A DNA stretch of 60,204 nucleotides, counting the filler. It is 3 parts of 3 records of this genome, joined end to end, with 100 filler letters (N's around TTAATTAATTAA, not from the genome) between each part and the next. Parts side by side here need not be neighbours in the genome. Positions count along the whole stretch, not along the records: positions 16,353 to 46,557 come from SRR20825006_381; 2 more parts are not named here. The stretch is one strand, 5' to 3'. Position 1 is the stretch's first letter, and every line of letters starts with the position of its first letter. A program made the position numbers and the translations under genes. The notes under the pieces were generated by a model that did no database searches, was not told the origin of the DNA, and saw nothing but the letters and a program-made list of their open reading frames with translations. Shown piece after piece: positions 19,041-29,424 of the stretch.

Positions 19041-20552
19041 TTGGCAAAAATCTCGGTTGAAAACACCGGTACCACGGCGCTTCTGAATGCGCTGGCCGAA
19101 GGCGTAATGGTGCGTGCAGGCGACCGGTTTATTTTTGTCAATCAGACGGCGCTCGACATGTTTGCCTATCCGGGCACGATGGAAGAGTTTCTTGATGAAC
19201 CTGTTTCCCAGTGGGTGCACCCCGACGACCAGGCCATTGTGCAGGACAATTACGACAAGCGCATTCGCGGAGAAGACGCCGAGCAGAATTATGAGCTCAG
19301 GCTGTTGCGCGCAGACGGGGAAACCCGCTGGGTTTCATGCCGCGCCAACGCGATTGAGTGGGACGGTGAGCCCGCTGTTGTCGCCTGCGTTTATGATATT
19401 ACAGAGCAACTGGAAGAGAAACGCGCGTTTGAGCGCGCGGAAAACATCTTCCGTAATATCTTCCGTCTCACGCCTGAGGTTATGCTCATTTCCGGATTGA
19501 CCGATGGCAAGATCATTGATGTAAATCCAGCATTTCTCAATGTATTTGGCCGCCGCCGCGATGAGGTGATTGGCCATACAACACAAGGCCTGGATATATG
19601 GGCTGATCAGACGTTCCTGGGCCGCTTTATTGAAGAGCTGAAGATGACAGCCTCAATGACGGACGTGCCCACCACGGTGAAAACCCGCGGCAACCTGATC
19701 CGCCACTTCCGTATTTTTGCGCAAAAAATCGACCTTGAGGGTGAGCCGATGCTGCTGCTCATCGGGCGCGATATCACGGAAGACCTCGTGCAGGCGCAGG
19801 AACTGCAGCGCTCCAAGGATACTGCCGAGCTTGCGAACCGTGCGAAGTCAGAGTTTCTGGCGAACATGAGCCACGAGCTCAGGACGCCGCTTAATGCGAT
19901 CCTTGGTTTCGCTGAAATCCTGCGGGATGAGATGGTCGGCCCAATTGGTAGCCCGCGCTACAAGGAATATGCGCAGGATATCCATGAAAGCGGCACGCAT
20001 CTCTTGTCCATCATCAATGATATTCTCGACCTTTCGAAAGTGGAAGCCGGGCGACTTGAGGCTTATCTCACATGGATAAATCCGCTTGAAAGCCTTGAGA
20101 TGTGCATGACGCTTGTGCAGCAGCGCGCGTTTGAGGCCAGCTTGTCGCTTGAGCATCATTTTGACCGTAGCGTGCTGATTGAGGCTGACGAACGGCTTAT
20201 CAAGCAAATCGCGCTCAATCTGCTTTCAAACGCCATCAAGTTCACAGAGCCCGGCGGCAAGGTGACCATGAAGCTGGAGAAAACCGGCAACGGTGGTTTG
20301 TGCCTTAGCGTGACGGACACAGGCATCGGCATGACAGCGGAAGAGATCAAGGTTGCCAAGCGGCCATTTGGGCAAGTGGACAGCAGCCTGAGCCGCCGTC
20401 ATGAAGGCTCTGGCTTAGGCCTGCCGCTTGTATCGGCCTTCACTGAGAAGCTGAACGCAACCATGACAATCGACAGCCGCCCAAGTGTTGGCACCCGTGT
20501 CAGCATCATGTTCCCACCTTTCAAGGTGAAAACCCGCGAAGACGACGACTAG
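19041..20552 (+). CDS. Cytoplasmic PAS-PAS sensor histidine kinase (PleC/DivJ-like HisKA)
   Basis: PAS motifs VHPDD and DITE twice; H-box ANRAKSEFLANMSHELRTPLNAILGF; NLLSNAIKFT, DTGIGM, GSGLGL; TTG start inferred from the RBS. Confidence 0.92.
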   Translation: MAKISVENTGTTALLNALAEGVMVRAGDRFIFVNQTALDMFAYPGTMEEFLDEPVSQWVHPDDQAIVQDNYDKRIRGEDAEQNYELRLLRADGETRWVSCRANAIEWDGEPAVVACVYDITEQLEEKRAFERAENIFRNIFRLTPEVMLISGLTDGKIIDVNPAFLNVFGRRRDEVIGHTTQGLDIWADQTFLGRFIEELKMTASMTDVPTTVKTRGNLIRHFRIFAQKIDLEGEPMLLLIGRDITEDLVQAQELQRSKDTAELANRAKSEFLANMSHELRTPLNAILGFAEILRDEMVGPIGSPRYKEYAQDIHESGTHLLSIINDILDLSKVEAGRLEAYLTWINPLESLEMCMTLVQQRAFEASLSLEHHFDRSVLIEADERLIKQIALNLLSNAIKFTEPGGKVTMKLEKTGNGGLCLSVTDTGIGMTAEEIKVAKRPFGQVDSSLSRRHEGSGLGLPLVSAFTEKLNATMTIDSRPSVGTRVSIMFPPFKVKTREDDD

Positions 20553-20652
20553 GCTTAGGCTCTCTCAGTTCCGCCATATTCCTGTACCAATAAGAGGGTG
20601 GCTTTCTCGTTTTTGTGCCCTATCGTCATATTGCGGATGAGGAGGAGCATAT

Positions 20653-21756
20653 ATGGCACCCATGACAAAAGTAGCGCGGCTGTTTACAGACAAATCAGCG
20701 CTCGGCGATACAGCGATTGAGCATTTTGACGAATCTTTGGATGCGAAAGACGGTGAGATCATCGTCTCGCTCGACCGGTTTGGCCTTTCCAGCAACAATA
20801 TCACCTATGCTGCCTTGGGCGACTGGTTGAAGTATTGGGAGTTTTTCCCCACAGGCAAAAACGGCTGGGGCCATATGCCTGTATGGGGGTTTGCCAATGT
20901 GGTGGCATCCGGCGTTGACGGCATTGAGGTGGGAGAGCGGTTTTACGGCTATTTCCCTATCGCCAGCCATTTCCGTATGCAGCCGAACAGGGTCAATGAG
21001 CGCGGCTTCCATGATGCGATCCCCCACCGGCTTGAGCTGACCTCCGCTTATAACTTCTATACGCGCTGCAGCACGGATGCAGGCTATCACGCGGACAAGG
21101 AAGATTATCAGATGCTCTTCCGCCCGCTATTCATCACCTCCTATATGCTGGCGGATTTCCTGAGCGATAACGACTATTTTGGCGCGAAGCGGCTTGTGGT
21201 TTCAAGCGCCTCCAGCAAAACGGCCTATGGCACAGCCTACTGCCTTGAAGGGGCCGACGACATAGAGGTCATTGGCCTCACGAGTGCCAAAAATGCCGCT
21301 TTTGTGAAAAGCCTCGGCTGTTATGACGATGTGATCACCTATGATGAGCTTGGCAGCCTGCAGGCCGGTGTTGCCACCACCTATGTGGACTTCTCTGGCA
21401 ACAATGACCTGCGCCTGACCGTGCACAAGCAGTTTGGCATGGATCTGGTGTATGACTGTTTTGCAGGCACCGCTGCCAACGCGGAAACCTATGACCCGGG
21501 CGAAGTGCCAGGCCCGGCACCGGTGTTTTTCTTCGCGCCCATCCAGATCAAGAAACGCAACGCAGACTGGTCCCCAAAAGTGGTGACAGAGCGCTTTAGC
21601 GCTTCGGAACAGAAGTTCTATGCACGGGTAAGCGAAGGGGATGAGCCATGGATGCGGCTTGCTGTGCACGAGGGCATGACAGGCGCGCAAGGGGTGATCT
21701 CAACCCTGTTCCACACGGGCGGGAACCCGCGTGAAGGCATGGTTGTTCGGCTTTAA
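20653..21756 (+). CDS. DUF2855 family protein
   Basis: Motifs FGLSSNNITYA, YWEFFP, PVWGFA, RPLFITS, SSASSKTAYG, FFFAP; strong GGAGGAG RBS. Confidence 0.82.
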   Translation: MAPMTKVARLFTDKSALGDTAIEHFDESLDAKDGEIIVSLDRFGLSSNNITYAALGDWLKYWEFFPTGKNGWGHMPVWGFANVVASGVDGIEVGERFYGYFPIASHFRMQPNRVNERGFHDAIPHRLELTSAYNFYTRCSTDAGYHADKEDYQMLFRPLFITSYMLADFLSDNDYFGAKRLVVSSASSKTAYGTAYCLEGADDIEVIGLTSAKNAAFVKSLGCYDDVITYDELGSLQAGVATTYVDFSGNNDLRLTVHKQFGMDLVYDCFAGTAANAETYDPGEVPGPAPVFFFAPIQIKKRNADWSPKVVTERFSASEQKFYARVSEGDEPWMRLAVHEGMTGAQGVISTLFHTGGNPREGMVVRL

Positions 21757-21769
21757 AGACGAGATAGAT

Positions 21770-23047
21770 TTACGCTTTCTCGCGGGCAACTGCGCGCCAG
21801 CCGATATCGCGGCGGCAGAAACCGTCAGTCCATGTGATGGTATCCACGGCCTTATAGGCTTTTGCCTGTGCTTCGGTCACGCTGCCGCCCGTGGCGGTTA
21901 CGTTCAGCACTCGCCCGCCGGTGGCCAGCAGCTTGGCATCCTGCCGTTTGGTGCCCGCATGGAACACATGTGCGCCGGTGGTTTTTTCAGCCGCAGAAAT
22001 ATCGCTGATCTCGGTGCCTTTATTATAGGCGCTGGGGTATCCCTTCGCAGCCATCACGACCGTGAGCGCTACATCGTCTGACCATGTGGCGGTCTTGCCG
22101 TTCAGCTCCCCTTTGGCTGCCGCTATCAGAAGCGGCACGATGTCAGAGGTCATGCGCGTCATCAGCACCTGGCACTCAGGGTCGCCAAAGCGGCAGTTGT
22201 ATTCGATCAGCTTCGGGCCTTCATCTGTGATCATAAGCCCTGCGAAAAACACACCCTTATAGGGGTGGCCCATATCTGCCATGGCCTTCACGGTGGGTTT
22301 GATAATCTCCGCCATCACCCGGTCACACAGCGCGTCTGTCATCACAGGTGCGGGGGAGTATGCCCCCATGCCGCCAGTGTTGGGGCCGGTGTCGCCTTCG
22401 CCTACAGCCTTGTGGTCTTGCGCGGTGGCAAGCGCGAGCGTGTTTTCACCGTCTGACAGCGCAAAAAAGCTGGCTTCTTCACCGGTCATGAATTCTTCTA
22501 CCACCACTTCCGTGCCTGCGTCGCCAAAGCTGCCCGCGAACATGTCGTCAATGGCGGCGTGGGCTTCCTCAAGCGTCTGCGCGATAATCACGCCTTTGCC
22601 TGCAGCCAAACCGTCAGCTTTCACCACAATCGGTGCGCCTTGCCCGGTCACATAAGCCTTGGCTGCATCCGCGTTTCTGAAGCGGCCATAGGCTGCTGTC
22701 GGAATGTTGTATTTCGCGCAAATGTCCTTGGTGAACCCTTTGGAGCCCTCAAGCTGTGCACTGCCCTTTGTGGGGCCAAAAGCCAGGATGCCTTCTGCCG
22801 TCAGGTCATCAACAAGGCCCGCAACCAGCGGGGCCTCGGGGCCCACAACAACAAAATCAATCTCCATCTCGCGGCAGAAATTTATCACCGCACCGTGGTC
22901 GCTCGCATCCAGCTCAACACAAGTGGCAACATCGCCAATTCCGCCATTGCCGGGCGCGCAGTAAAGCATTTCTACGAGCGGGCTTTGGGCGATTTTCCAG
23001 GAAAGGGCGTGTTCGCGGCCACCGGAGCCGAGCACGAGAATATTCAT
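21770..23047 (-). CDS. purD: Phosphoribosylamine-glycine ligase
   Basis: Motifs [56 protein letters not shown]. Confidence 0.98.
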   Translation of the reverse strand: MNILVLGSGGREHALSWKIAQSPLVEMLYCAPGNGGIGDVATCVELDASDHGAVINFCREMEIDFVVVGPEAPLVAGLVDDLTAEGILAFGPTKGSAQLEGSKGFTKDICAKYNIPTAAYGRFRNADAAKAYVTGQGAPIVVKADGLAAGKGVIIAQTLEEAHAAIDDMFAGSFGDAGTEVVVEEFMTGEEASFFALSDGENTLALATAQDHKAVGEGDTGPNTGGMGAYSPAPVMTDALCDRVMAEIIKPTVKAMADMGHPYKGVFFAGLMITDEGPKLIEYNCRFGDPECQVLMTRMTSDIVPLLIAAAKGELNGKTATWSDDVALTVVMAAKGYPSAYNKGTEISDISAAEKTTGAHVFHAGTKRQDAKLLATGGRVLNVTATGGSVTEAQAKAYKAVDTITWTDGFCRRDIGWRAVAREKA

Positions 23048-23160
23048 ATTTTTTCACCTGTCACGTGGCGGGTTGCTTGAAGGCTGCCCCCTTGTATCAT
23101 AGGTTCCTGTTCACTCAAGGGAGAAGTGCGCGATGCGACAATCTGGGTTAGGGATCAGCC

Positions 23161-24651
23161 ATGACAGATAATTGGCCGGGCATGCCGGGCGATGAGGAAG
23201 CGCCCTCAGGTAGCAACGCCCATGAATTTACGGTGTCTGAACTGTCGGGTGCGCTCAAGCGTTCGGTTGAAGACCGTTTTGGCCATGTGCGGGTGCGGGC
23301 TGAGCTGTCGGGCGTGAAGCGCGCGGCCTCTGGCCATGTGTATTTTTCCCTCAAGGATGACAGCGCAGTGCTGGACGGCGTGTGTTGGCGCGGCAGTGCA
23401 CAGCGCCTCGCATTTGTGCCTGAAGATGGCCTTGAGGTGATCTGTACCGGCAAGCTCACCACCTATCCGGCCCGGTCCAAATACCAGATGGTTGTGGAGC
23501 ATATGGAGCCTGCGGGCGCTGGTGCGCTCATGGCGCTTCTTGAAGAACGCAAGAAAAAACTGGCGACTGAGGGCCTGTTTGATGCGGACCGTAAACGCCA
23601 GATCCCGTTCCTGCCCAAGGTGATTGGTGTGGTGACCTCGCCCACGGGCGCGGTGATTCGCGACATTTTGCACAGGCTCAGTGACCGCTTCCCGCGTCAT
23701 GTGCTGGTGTGGCCGGTGCTGGTGCAGGGTGAAGGGGCTGCAGCGCAAGTGGCGGCGGCGATCAAAGGTTTTAACGCGATTGACGGCAAAGGCGCGATGC
23801 CGCGCCCCGATGTGCTGATCGTGGCGCGCGGTGGCGGCTCGATAGAAGACCTGTGGGCATTTAACGAAGAAGTGGTGGTGCGCGCGGCGGCAGAGAGCGA
23901 AATACCGCTTATCTCCGCCGTAGGGCACGAGACAGACACGACGCTGATCGACTATGCGTCTGACCTCCGGGCACCAACACCAACGGGGGCCGCTGAGAAA
24001 GCCGTGCCTGTGCGCGAAGACCTGCGCTTCACTATCGCGGACCTTGGTCGCAGGTTGGAAGGCCAGCGCATGCTGACGGTGCGGGACAGGCAGGAACGCC
24101 TGGCCGGTCTCGCGCGCGGCTTACCCAGCCCCAAGGATATCCTTGGGCTCGCGCAACAGCGCTGGGATGATCTGTCTGAGCGCTTGCCGCGCGGGTTGAT
24201 GGCGATGGCGCAGATCAAGTCTGCCCAGCTTAATCGCCTTGTGGGCGGTTTGAGTGCGGGACGGCTCAAGCAACTGGCCACCTATAGGGGGGAGCAACTT
24301 GGCAGCACGTCAAGGCGGCTTAACCCGGCGTACCGGCGGCGGCTGGAAGACCTTGGCGCGCGGCTGCAGGCATCGGGCCGTATGCTTGATAGCCTCTCGT
24401 ACGAGCGGGTGCTTGAGCGCGGCTATGCTTTGGTGGAGGACGCAAGCGGCACACCGGTCACCAAAGCGGCGCAGCTTGCCGCTGGCGATAATGTGGCTGT
24501 ACGCTTCTCGGACGGGGTGCGCGGCATGCAGGTGCAGGACGGTGAAGCATCGCCTCCTGCCGCGCCGCCAGCGCCAAAAGCAAAAAAGGCTGCGAAAGCC
24601 AAACCGAAACCAGAACCCAAAAAAGATGAGAGACAAGGCAGCCTGCTGTGA
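23161..24651 (+). CDS. xseA: Exodeoxyribonuclease VII large subunit
   Basis: Motifs SGHVYFSLKD, GVVTSPTGAVIRDI, ARGGGSIEDLWAFNEE, SAVGHETD, RAPTPTGAAE, VLERGYA. Confidence 0.97.
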   Translation: MTDNWPGMPGDEEAPSGSNAHEFTVSELSGALKRSVEDRFGHVRVRAELSGVKRAASGHVYFSLKDDSAVLDGVCWRGSAQRLAFVPEDGLEVICTGKLTTYPARSKYQMVVEHMEPAGAGALMALLEERKKKLATEGLFDADRKRQIPFLPKVIGVVTSPTGAVIRDILHRLSDRFPRHVLVWPVLVQGEGAAAQVAAAIKGFNAIDGKGAMPRPDVLIVARGGGSIEDLWAFNEEVVVRAAAESEIPLISAVGHETDTTLIDYASDLRAPTPTGAAEKAVPVREDLRFTIADLGRRLEGQRMLTVRDRQERLAGLARGLPSPKDILGLAQQRWDDLSERLPRGLMAMAQIKSAQLNRLVGGLSAGRLKQLATYRGEQLGSTSRRLNPAYRRRLEDLGARLQASGRMLDSLSYERVLERGYALVEDASGTPVTKAAQLAAGDNVAVRFSDGVRGMQVQDGEASPPAAPPAPKAKKAAKAKPKPEPKKDERQGSLL

Positions 24652-24706
24652 TTGCCGTTTTGATCTTTGCCGTAATTTTGCCGCCTTGTTTATGAAGATG
24701 ATGTAC

Positions 24707-25531
24707 ATGAAATTAATACAGAAAATCCTTATTCTTACCCTTCTGGCACTTACGACACCGGCATGGGCTGTGGATCTTGTGGGCACACCGGCCCAGGGCG
24801 GCATGGTTTGGGGCGTTGTGGAACCGGACGCCAAGGTAACGCTGGACGGTGAGCCTGTGATGGTGGGACCAGACGGCAATTTTGTGCTTGGCTTTGGGCG
24901 TGATGCTGGCGCGACAGCGGAGCTGGTGATCAGCTACGGTAATGGCCGCCGGGAAGCCCAAACGATCACCGTTAAGGACCGAAGCTTTGATATCGAGCAT
25001 GTGGATGGTTTGCCGCCTAAAACAGTAACACCACCGCCTGAGTGGCGCGAACGCCGCGCCCGTGAAACAGGCATGGTGCGTGAAGCACGCTCATATACCA
25101 CTGGTGCACTTGATTGGCTGAAAGGCTTTATTCGCCCGGCGGAAGGTCGTTTCTCAGGTTTTTATGGCAGCCAGCGCATATTGAACGGCAAACCGAGAAG
25201 CCCGCACTATGGGCTTGATATCGCGGCCCCCATCGGCACAAGCATTGTTGCCCCCGCTGCTGGTATCATTCGCCTCGCGGTGCCGGATTTCCTTCTCGAG
25301 GGCGGTATTGTGATCATCGACCACGGTTTTGGTGTGACCTCAACGCTGTTTCACATGAACAGTGTAGACGTGAAGGTGGGCGATACGGTAGAGCAGGGAC
25401 AACAGATTGGTACCGTTGGCAAAAAGGGCCGGGCGAGCGGCCCGCATGTAGACTGGCGGGTGAACTGGCGGAATGTAAGGCTTGACCCCATACTGTTGAT
25501 TGCACCTGAGCCCATGCGGCCACCATTTTAG
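24707..25531 (+). CDS. Exported M23 family metallopeptidase
   Basis: Signal peptide ending AWA; HYGLD and GPHVDW zinc motifs; IDHGFG; start at ATG 24707 (the upstream part of the ORF overlaps xseA). Confidence 0.9.
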   Translation: MKLIQKILILTLLALTTPAWAVDLVGTPAQGGMVWGVVEPDAKVTLDGEPVMVGPDGNFVLGFGRDAGATAELVISYGNGRREAQTITVKDRSFDIEHVDGLPPKTVTPPPEWRERRARETGMVREARSYTTGALDWLKGFIRPAEGRFSGFYGSQRILNGKPRSPHYGLDIAAPIGTSIVAPAAGIIRLAVPDFLLEGGIVIIDHGFGVTSTLFHMNSVDVKVGDTVEQGQQIGTVGKKGRASGPHVDWRVNWRNVRLDPILLIAPEPMRPPF

Positions 25532-25540
25532 GATAGGGTA

Positions 25541-26224
25541 ATGAAACGATTTATTCTTGGCGCAGTGGCAGCCACCTGTTTTGCGCCAGCGACTTTCGCA
25601 CAAGACGGCGAAAGCTCTTTCAGTTTTGACGGTTACCTTGGTGTGGTGAGCGATTACCGTGACCGTGGGCTAACCCTGTCTGATAAGGACCCGGCTGTTA
25701 TCGCGTCCTTTGGGCTCTATCATGACAACGGTTTTTATATCGGTGCCAGCGCAGGCAGCATCAGCAACGACGCGGGCGGCGACGCCAAAGCGAGCCTTTT
25801 TGCGGGTTACAATTTTGATGCTGGCGATTTTGTTTATGATCTGTCTGTTGAGCTCGACAGCATTCAGGGCGGTGACGCCAAATATTACCCTGAGATCAGC
25901 GCGTCTGTTTCGCGTGACTTTGGCCTGGCTTTCATTCGGACTGGTGCCGTTTATGCGCCTGATGGCCGCTGGAGTGCCCCAAACAGTGACAGCTTCTACA
26001 TTTATACCGATGTTGAAGTGCCGGTGCCGACAATGCCGGAGCTGACGATTATCTCGCGCCTCGGTTATGACATGCGGCAGAACCGATCAGACCTGTGGGA
26101 TTATGCGATCGGCATTTCAGCCTTCATCGATGTGGTGGAATTTAGCGTGATGTATGAAGACAGCTCGCTTGACCAGAACATTGGCGGCGGTGCGGTCCTT
26201 GGCGGCATCAAGCTTTATTTCTAG
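25541..26224 (+). CDS. TorF/TIGR02001-type putative outer-membrane porin
   Basis: Signal peptide; VVSDYRDRGLTLS motif; alternating beta-strand pattern; C-terminal Phe. Confidence 0.82.
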   Translation: MKRFILGAVAATCFAPATFAQDGESSFSFDGYLGVVSDYRDRGLTLSDKDPAVIASFGLYHDNGFYIGASAGSISNDAGGDAKASLFAGYNFDAGDFVYDLSVELDSIQGGDAKYYPEISASVSRDFGLAFIRTGAVYAPDGRWSAPNSDSFYIYTDVEVPVPTMPELTIISRLGYDMRQNRSDLWDYAIGISAFIDVVEFSVMYEDSSLDQNIGGGAVLGGIKLYF

Positions 26225-26228
26225 TGGT

Positions 26229-28391
26229 TTACCGTGGAGGCTCGCTTGGGTCTTCATCCACGGTGGTTGGTGGAACTGGGACTTCTGACGGCTGAACCGA
26301 GCGGTTTGCGGGGAAGGTGAGTATAACCAGCGTTCCCATGCGCTTGATGGAACGAACCTCCAGCTTGCCGCCATGAAGCTCTATCAGGCTTTTTACCAGT
26401 GGCAGACCAAGGCCTGTTCCTTCATGAGAGCGTGTGGCCGTGGTTCCTGCCTGCCCAAACGGCAGAAGGGCAATCTCAAGCTCATCTTCTGACATGCCAA
26501 TGCCGGTATCTTCAACTTCGACAATAATGTCGCCGTTATCCAGCGCATAAACACGGCAGTCTATCTCACCGTCGTTTTCGGTAAACTTGCTGGCGTTGCT
26601 GAGAACATTGAGCAGGATTTGTTTGCATAGTCGTGTATCGGCTCGCAGGTAAGGTGTGCGTGGCGGTACATCCACCGTCAGAGTAATGTTCTTGGGCCTG
26701 ACGCGCGGCGCCATAAGCTTCGCGAGATCACCAAGAAGCTGGCGAAGGTCTATAATTTCGTCCCTGACGATCAGTTTGCCGGACTCGATCTTCGAGAGGT
26801 CAAGGATATCGTTTATGATATCCAGAAGCAGTCTGCCGCTTTCATTAATATGCCCAACATAGTCGCCATACTGTTTCGCGCCCAACTCACCAAACACTCG
26901 TTGTTCCATCATCTCGGAGAATCCGAGGATGGCATTCAGCGGTGTTCTAAGCTCATGGCTCATATTGGCCAGAAACTCTGACTTGCTTCTGTTCGCCATG
27001 TCGGCGGCATGTTTGCTGCGCGCCAGCGCCCGGTTGTGTTTGCGCATGATGAACACCAGCGCGACAGCGCCTGCAATAATGAAAAAGGTGAGGATCACAA
27101 GCAAACGCCGGTTTGCGGCTTCAGCGGCGTGCAGGGCTTCTTCAGTGCGTTGTTTCTCAATCATGGTCACGATGCTGGAGCGTAGGTCTGTCACGCTCGT
27201 CTGGAAGCTTTCAAACTGGTCATCCATGAGGCCGCGGCGTGCTTTGTTGAGAAGCTCGAACCCCTCCTCGTATTGGCCTTCCGCTGCAAGAATATAGGCC
27301 TCGGTCAACTGGTCATCAGCGTCGGATATGACGAGCTTGAGGTCTGGGTATTTTTCGTATTCCTCCAACACGATCTGCCGATATCTGCGGGCCTCAACCG
27401 CGTTGCCTTGCCGCGCGTACCCGATGGCCAGCAGGTCGTAAAGCTCAACATCGAAGCCCGGTTCGCCCTCAAAGTCGTTAAGCGCTTCATGAGCGAGCGT
27501 AATGCAGTCGCCATACCGTTCTTCGTCGTACGCGATCCACGCGAGGCCATAGAGGGCATAATACTGTCCTTCCTTGTGGCCTGTTTGCGTGAGCACTTCC
27601 GTGAGCGCTTCATAATATCGGCGCGCGAGGGCGTTTTCATCAATGTCGTTAAGCGATGAGGCGATGTTGAACATGATGGTTTCGCGGTCAAGTGCGATAT
27701 GGGCGCGGGTCGCAATGTCGAGCGCCTTGGCGTAGTTCTCAACAATTTCGTCAATCTCACTGACGCCGGTGTAGATATAAGCGAGGGTCAGATAGGCGGT
27801 CATGCGCATCTTCTCGCCTTCAGGCGTACCCTCAAGCATGCTCACACTCTGCGTCATGGCGAGAAGGCCCTCGAGCAGGTTGCCAAGCTCTGGCCCAAGT
27901 GCCGCAAGGGAAGACCGCGCAAAAAACTGGTCTGCCACACTGCCGCGTGCTTCTGCAAGCGTGAGCGCTTCCTTAATCTGGCTTTCAGCGTTCTTGATGC
28001 TGCCTGCGATATACTCGATTTCAGCGAGCCCAAGCCTGCCGTAGACCTGCAGGCTGACATCATCCAGCTTTTCGCCAAGGCTGATGGCCTCGCTGGCGAT
28101 CTCATCAAGGCCTTCTGCCACTCCGGTATCAATATGATAGAAGATCAGGTCCTTGAGGACCTGGCCACGCGCCCGCTCATTCGTGGTGGTCTCAAGGTTG
28201 GCATTGAGGGCCTCAAGGCGAAGGTGGGCATCAAGCGCTGTTGCCTCTAACAGGCGGGGTAATAAAGCCTCTGCGCGCATGCGCGCGTCATCGCTCAGTT
28301 TGGTTGCGGCAAATGTTGAGAAAGTAAAGACCAGCAAAAAGCCAAGGGTGAAGGCATATCGCATCAGTCGGCTTGCAGCAGCTGTGAGCAT
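26229..28391 (-). CDS. Membrane histidine kinase with a large helical (TPR-like) periplasmic sensor
   Basis: Signal/TM at the N-terminus, about 400 aa of Ala/Leu/Tyr-rich helices, TM LLVILTFFIIAGAVALVFIM, H-box ANRSKSEFLANMSHELRTPLN, HATPase boxes. Confidence 0.9.
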   Translation of the reverse strand: MLTAAASRLMRYAFTLGFLLVFTFSTFAATKLSDDARMRAEALLPRLLEATALDAHLRLEALNANLETTTNERARGQVLKDLIFYHIDTGVAEGLDEIASEAISLGEKLDDVSLQVYGRLGLAEIEYIAGSIKNAESQIKEALTLAEARGSVADQFFARSSLAALGPELGNLLEGLLAMTQSVSMLEGTPEGEKMRMTAYLTLAYIYTGVSEIDEIVENYAKALDIATRAHIALDRETIMFNIASSLNDIDENALARRYYEALTEVLTQTGHKEGQYYALYGLAWIAYDEERYGDCITLAHEALNDFEGEPGFDVELYDLLAIGYARQGNAVEARRYRQIVLEEYEKYPDLKLVISDADDQLTEAYILAAEGQYEEGFELLNKARRGLMDDQFESFQTSVTDLRSSIVTMIEKQRTEEALHAAEAANRRLLVILTFFIIAGAVALVFIMRKHNRALARSKHAADMANRSKSEFLANMSHELRTPLNAILGFSEMMEQRVFGELGAKQYGDYVGHINESGRLLLDIINDILDLSKIESGKLIVRDEIIDLRQLLGDLAKLMAPRVRPKNITLTVDVPPRTPYLRADTRLCKQILLNVLSNASKFTENDGEIDCRVYALDNGDIIVEVEDTGIGMSEDELEIALLPFGQAGTTATRSHEGTGLGLPLVKSLIELHGGKLEVRSIKRMGTLVILTFPANRSVQPSEVPVPPTTVDEDPSEPPR

Positions 28392-28524
28392 ATAGCTATG
28401 CGTCCTTCCCTAGACCGGCCTCAAACCCCAGATATATTCCACAAAAGCGTCTGAACAGCAATGCGTACGGTGACACTGGGGTATTTTTGCCAAGTAACAC
28501 AAACACCTAGGCGGGTGAATAGTC

Positions 28525-29379
28525 TCAGGCTGCCACGTGCCGCCACTCAGCCAGCGCCGGTTCAACCCGTTCCATAATCGCAGGCACAAGGGCGGGGCAA
28601 CTGGCGACGATATGATCGTGCAGCGGCTTCTTGCGGTTGAAGATCAGGCCTTTGCCTGTGCCGGTGGTGAGCTTGCCGCCAGCTTCCGCGATAATGAGGT
28701 CGGCGGCCGCCACGTCCCAGTCGTTTTTGGGGCGCAGGGTCACGCAGCAGTCAAACTGCCCGTCCGCGATCTGGCAGATGCGGAGCGCGATGGAATTGGC
28801 TTGTTCTGTATGCATGCTATCGGGCCAGGGCGTAGGCCACAGCTTCTTGGCCTTAAAGGCGGAGGGGTCGCCCATCATGCGGGCACTGTCGAGGGTATCT
28901 TGTTCCGACACCCGAATGGTCAGCCCGTTTTTTGTGGCACCGCGCCCGACCTCGGCGAAATAGAAGGCGTTTTTAACCGGTGCATAAAAGGCGGCGATTA
29001 CGGGTTTCTGGTCTTGCACCAGCGCGACCGAGATACCCCAATCATCCCCGCCCGCCAGAAAAGCGCGGGTGCCGTCAATGGGGTCAACAATCCATAACCT
29101 ACCGCAGCGCAGGCGGTCTGAATGGTCTTCGGTTTCTTCCGATAGCCAACCGTAGCCGGTGCGGTTCTGCATCAATGTGGTGCGCAGAAATTCGTCCACG
29201 GCCATGTCGGCTTCGGACACCGGGTTGTTGGGAGATTTTTCCCACATGTGGATATCGCGGGCAAAGTAGGAAAGTGCGATGCGCCCCGCTTCTTCGGTCA
29301 CCCGCCGCACGAGGCGGACATCATCTGCCAAACTCCAGGGGCAGGTGCTTTCATCAAACGGGTCGGTGCTATTGCTCAC
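28525..29379 (-). CDS. CysQ / inositol monophosphatase family nucleotidase
   Basis: Motifs PVSEAD, WLSEE, WIVDPIDGTRAF, WDVAAADLI. Confidence 0.9.
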   Translation of the reverse strand: MSNSTDPFDESTCPWSLADDVRLVRRVTEEAGRIALSYFARDIHMWEKSPNNPVSEADMAVDEFLRTTLMQNRTGYGWLSEETEDHSDRLRCGRLWIVDPIDGTRAFLAGGDDWGISVALVQDQKPVIAAFYAPVKNAFYFAEVGRGATKNGLTIRVSEQDTLDSARMMGDPSAFKAKKLWPTPWPDSMHTEQANSIALRICQIADGQFDCCVTLRPKNDWDVAAADLIIAEAGGKLTTGTGKGLIFNRKKPLHDHIVASCPALVPAIMERVEPALAEWRHVAA

Positions 29380-29424
29380 TCTGGTCTCTCACACGTGTTC
29401 GGGCACGAGATTTTCAGGCCACGA

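Noticed and set aside
24254-24706. 151-aa N-terminal extension of the M23 ORF, suggesting an xseA-M23 frameshift fusion
   Set aside because: Off-frame overlap with an intact xseA; a clean signal peptide begins at ATG 24707; no slippery site seen
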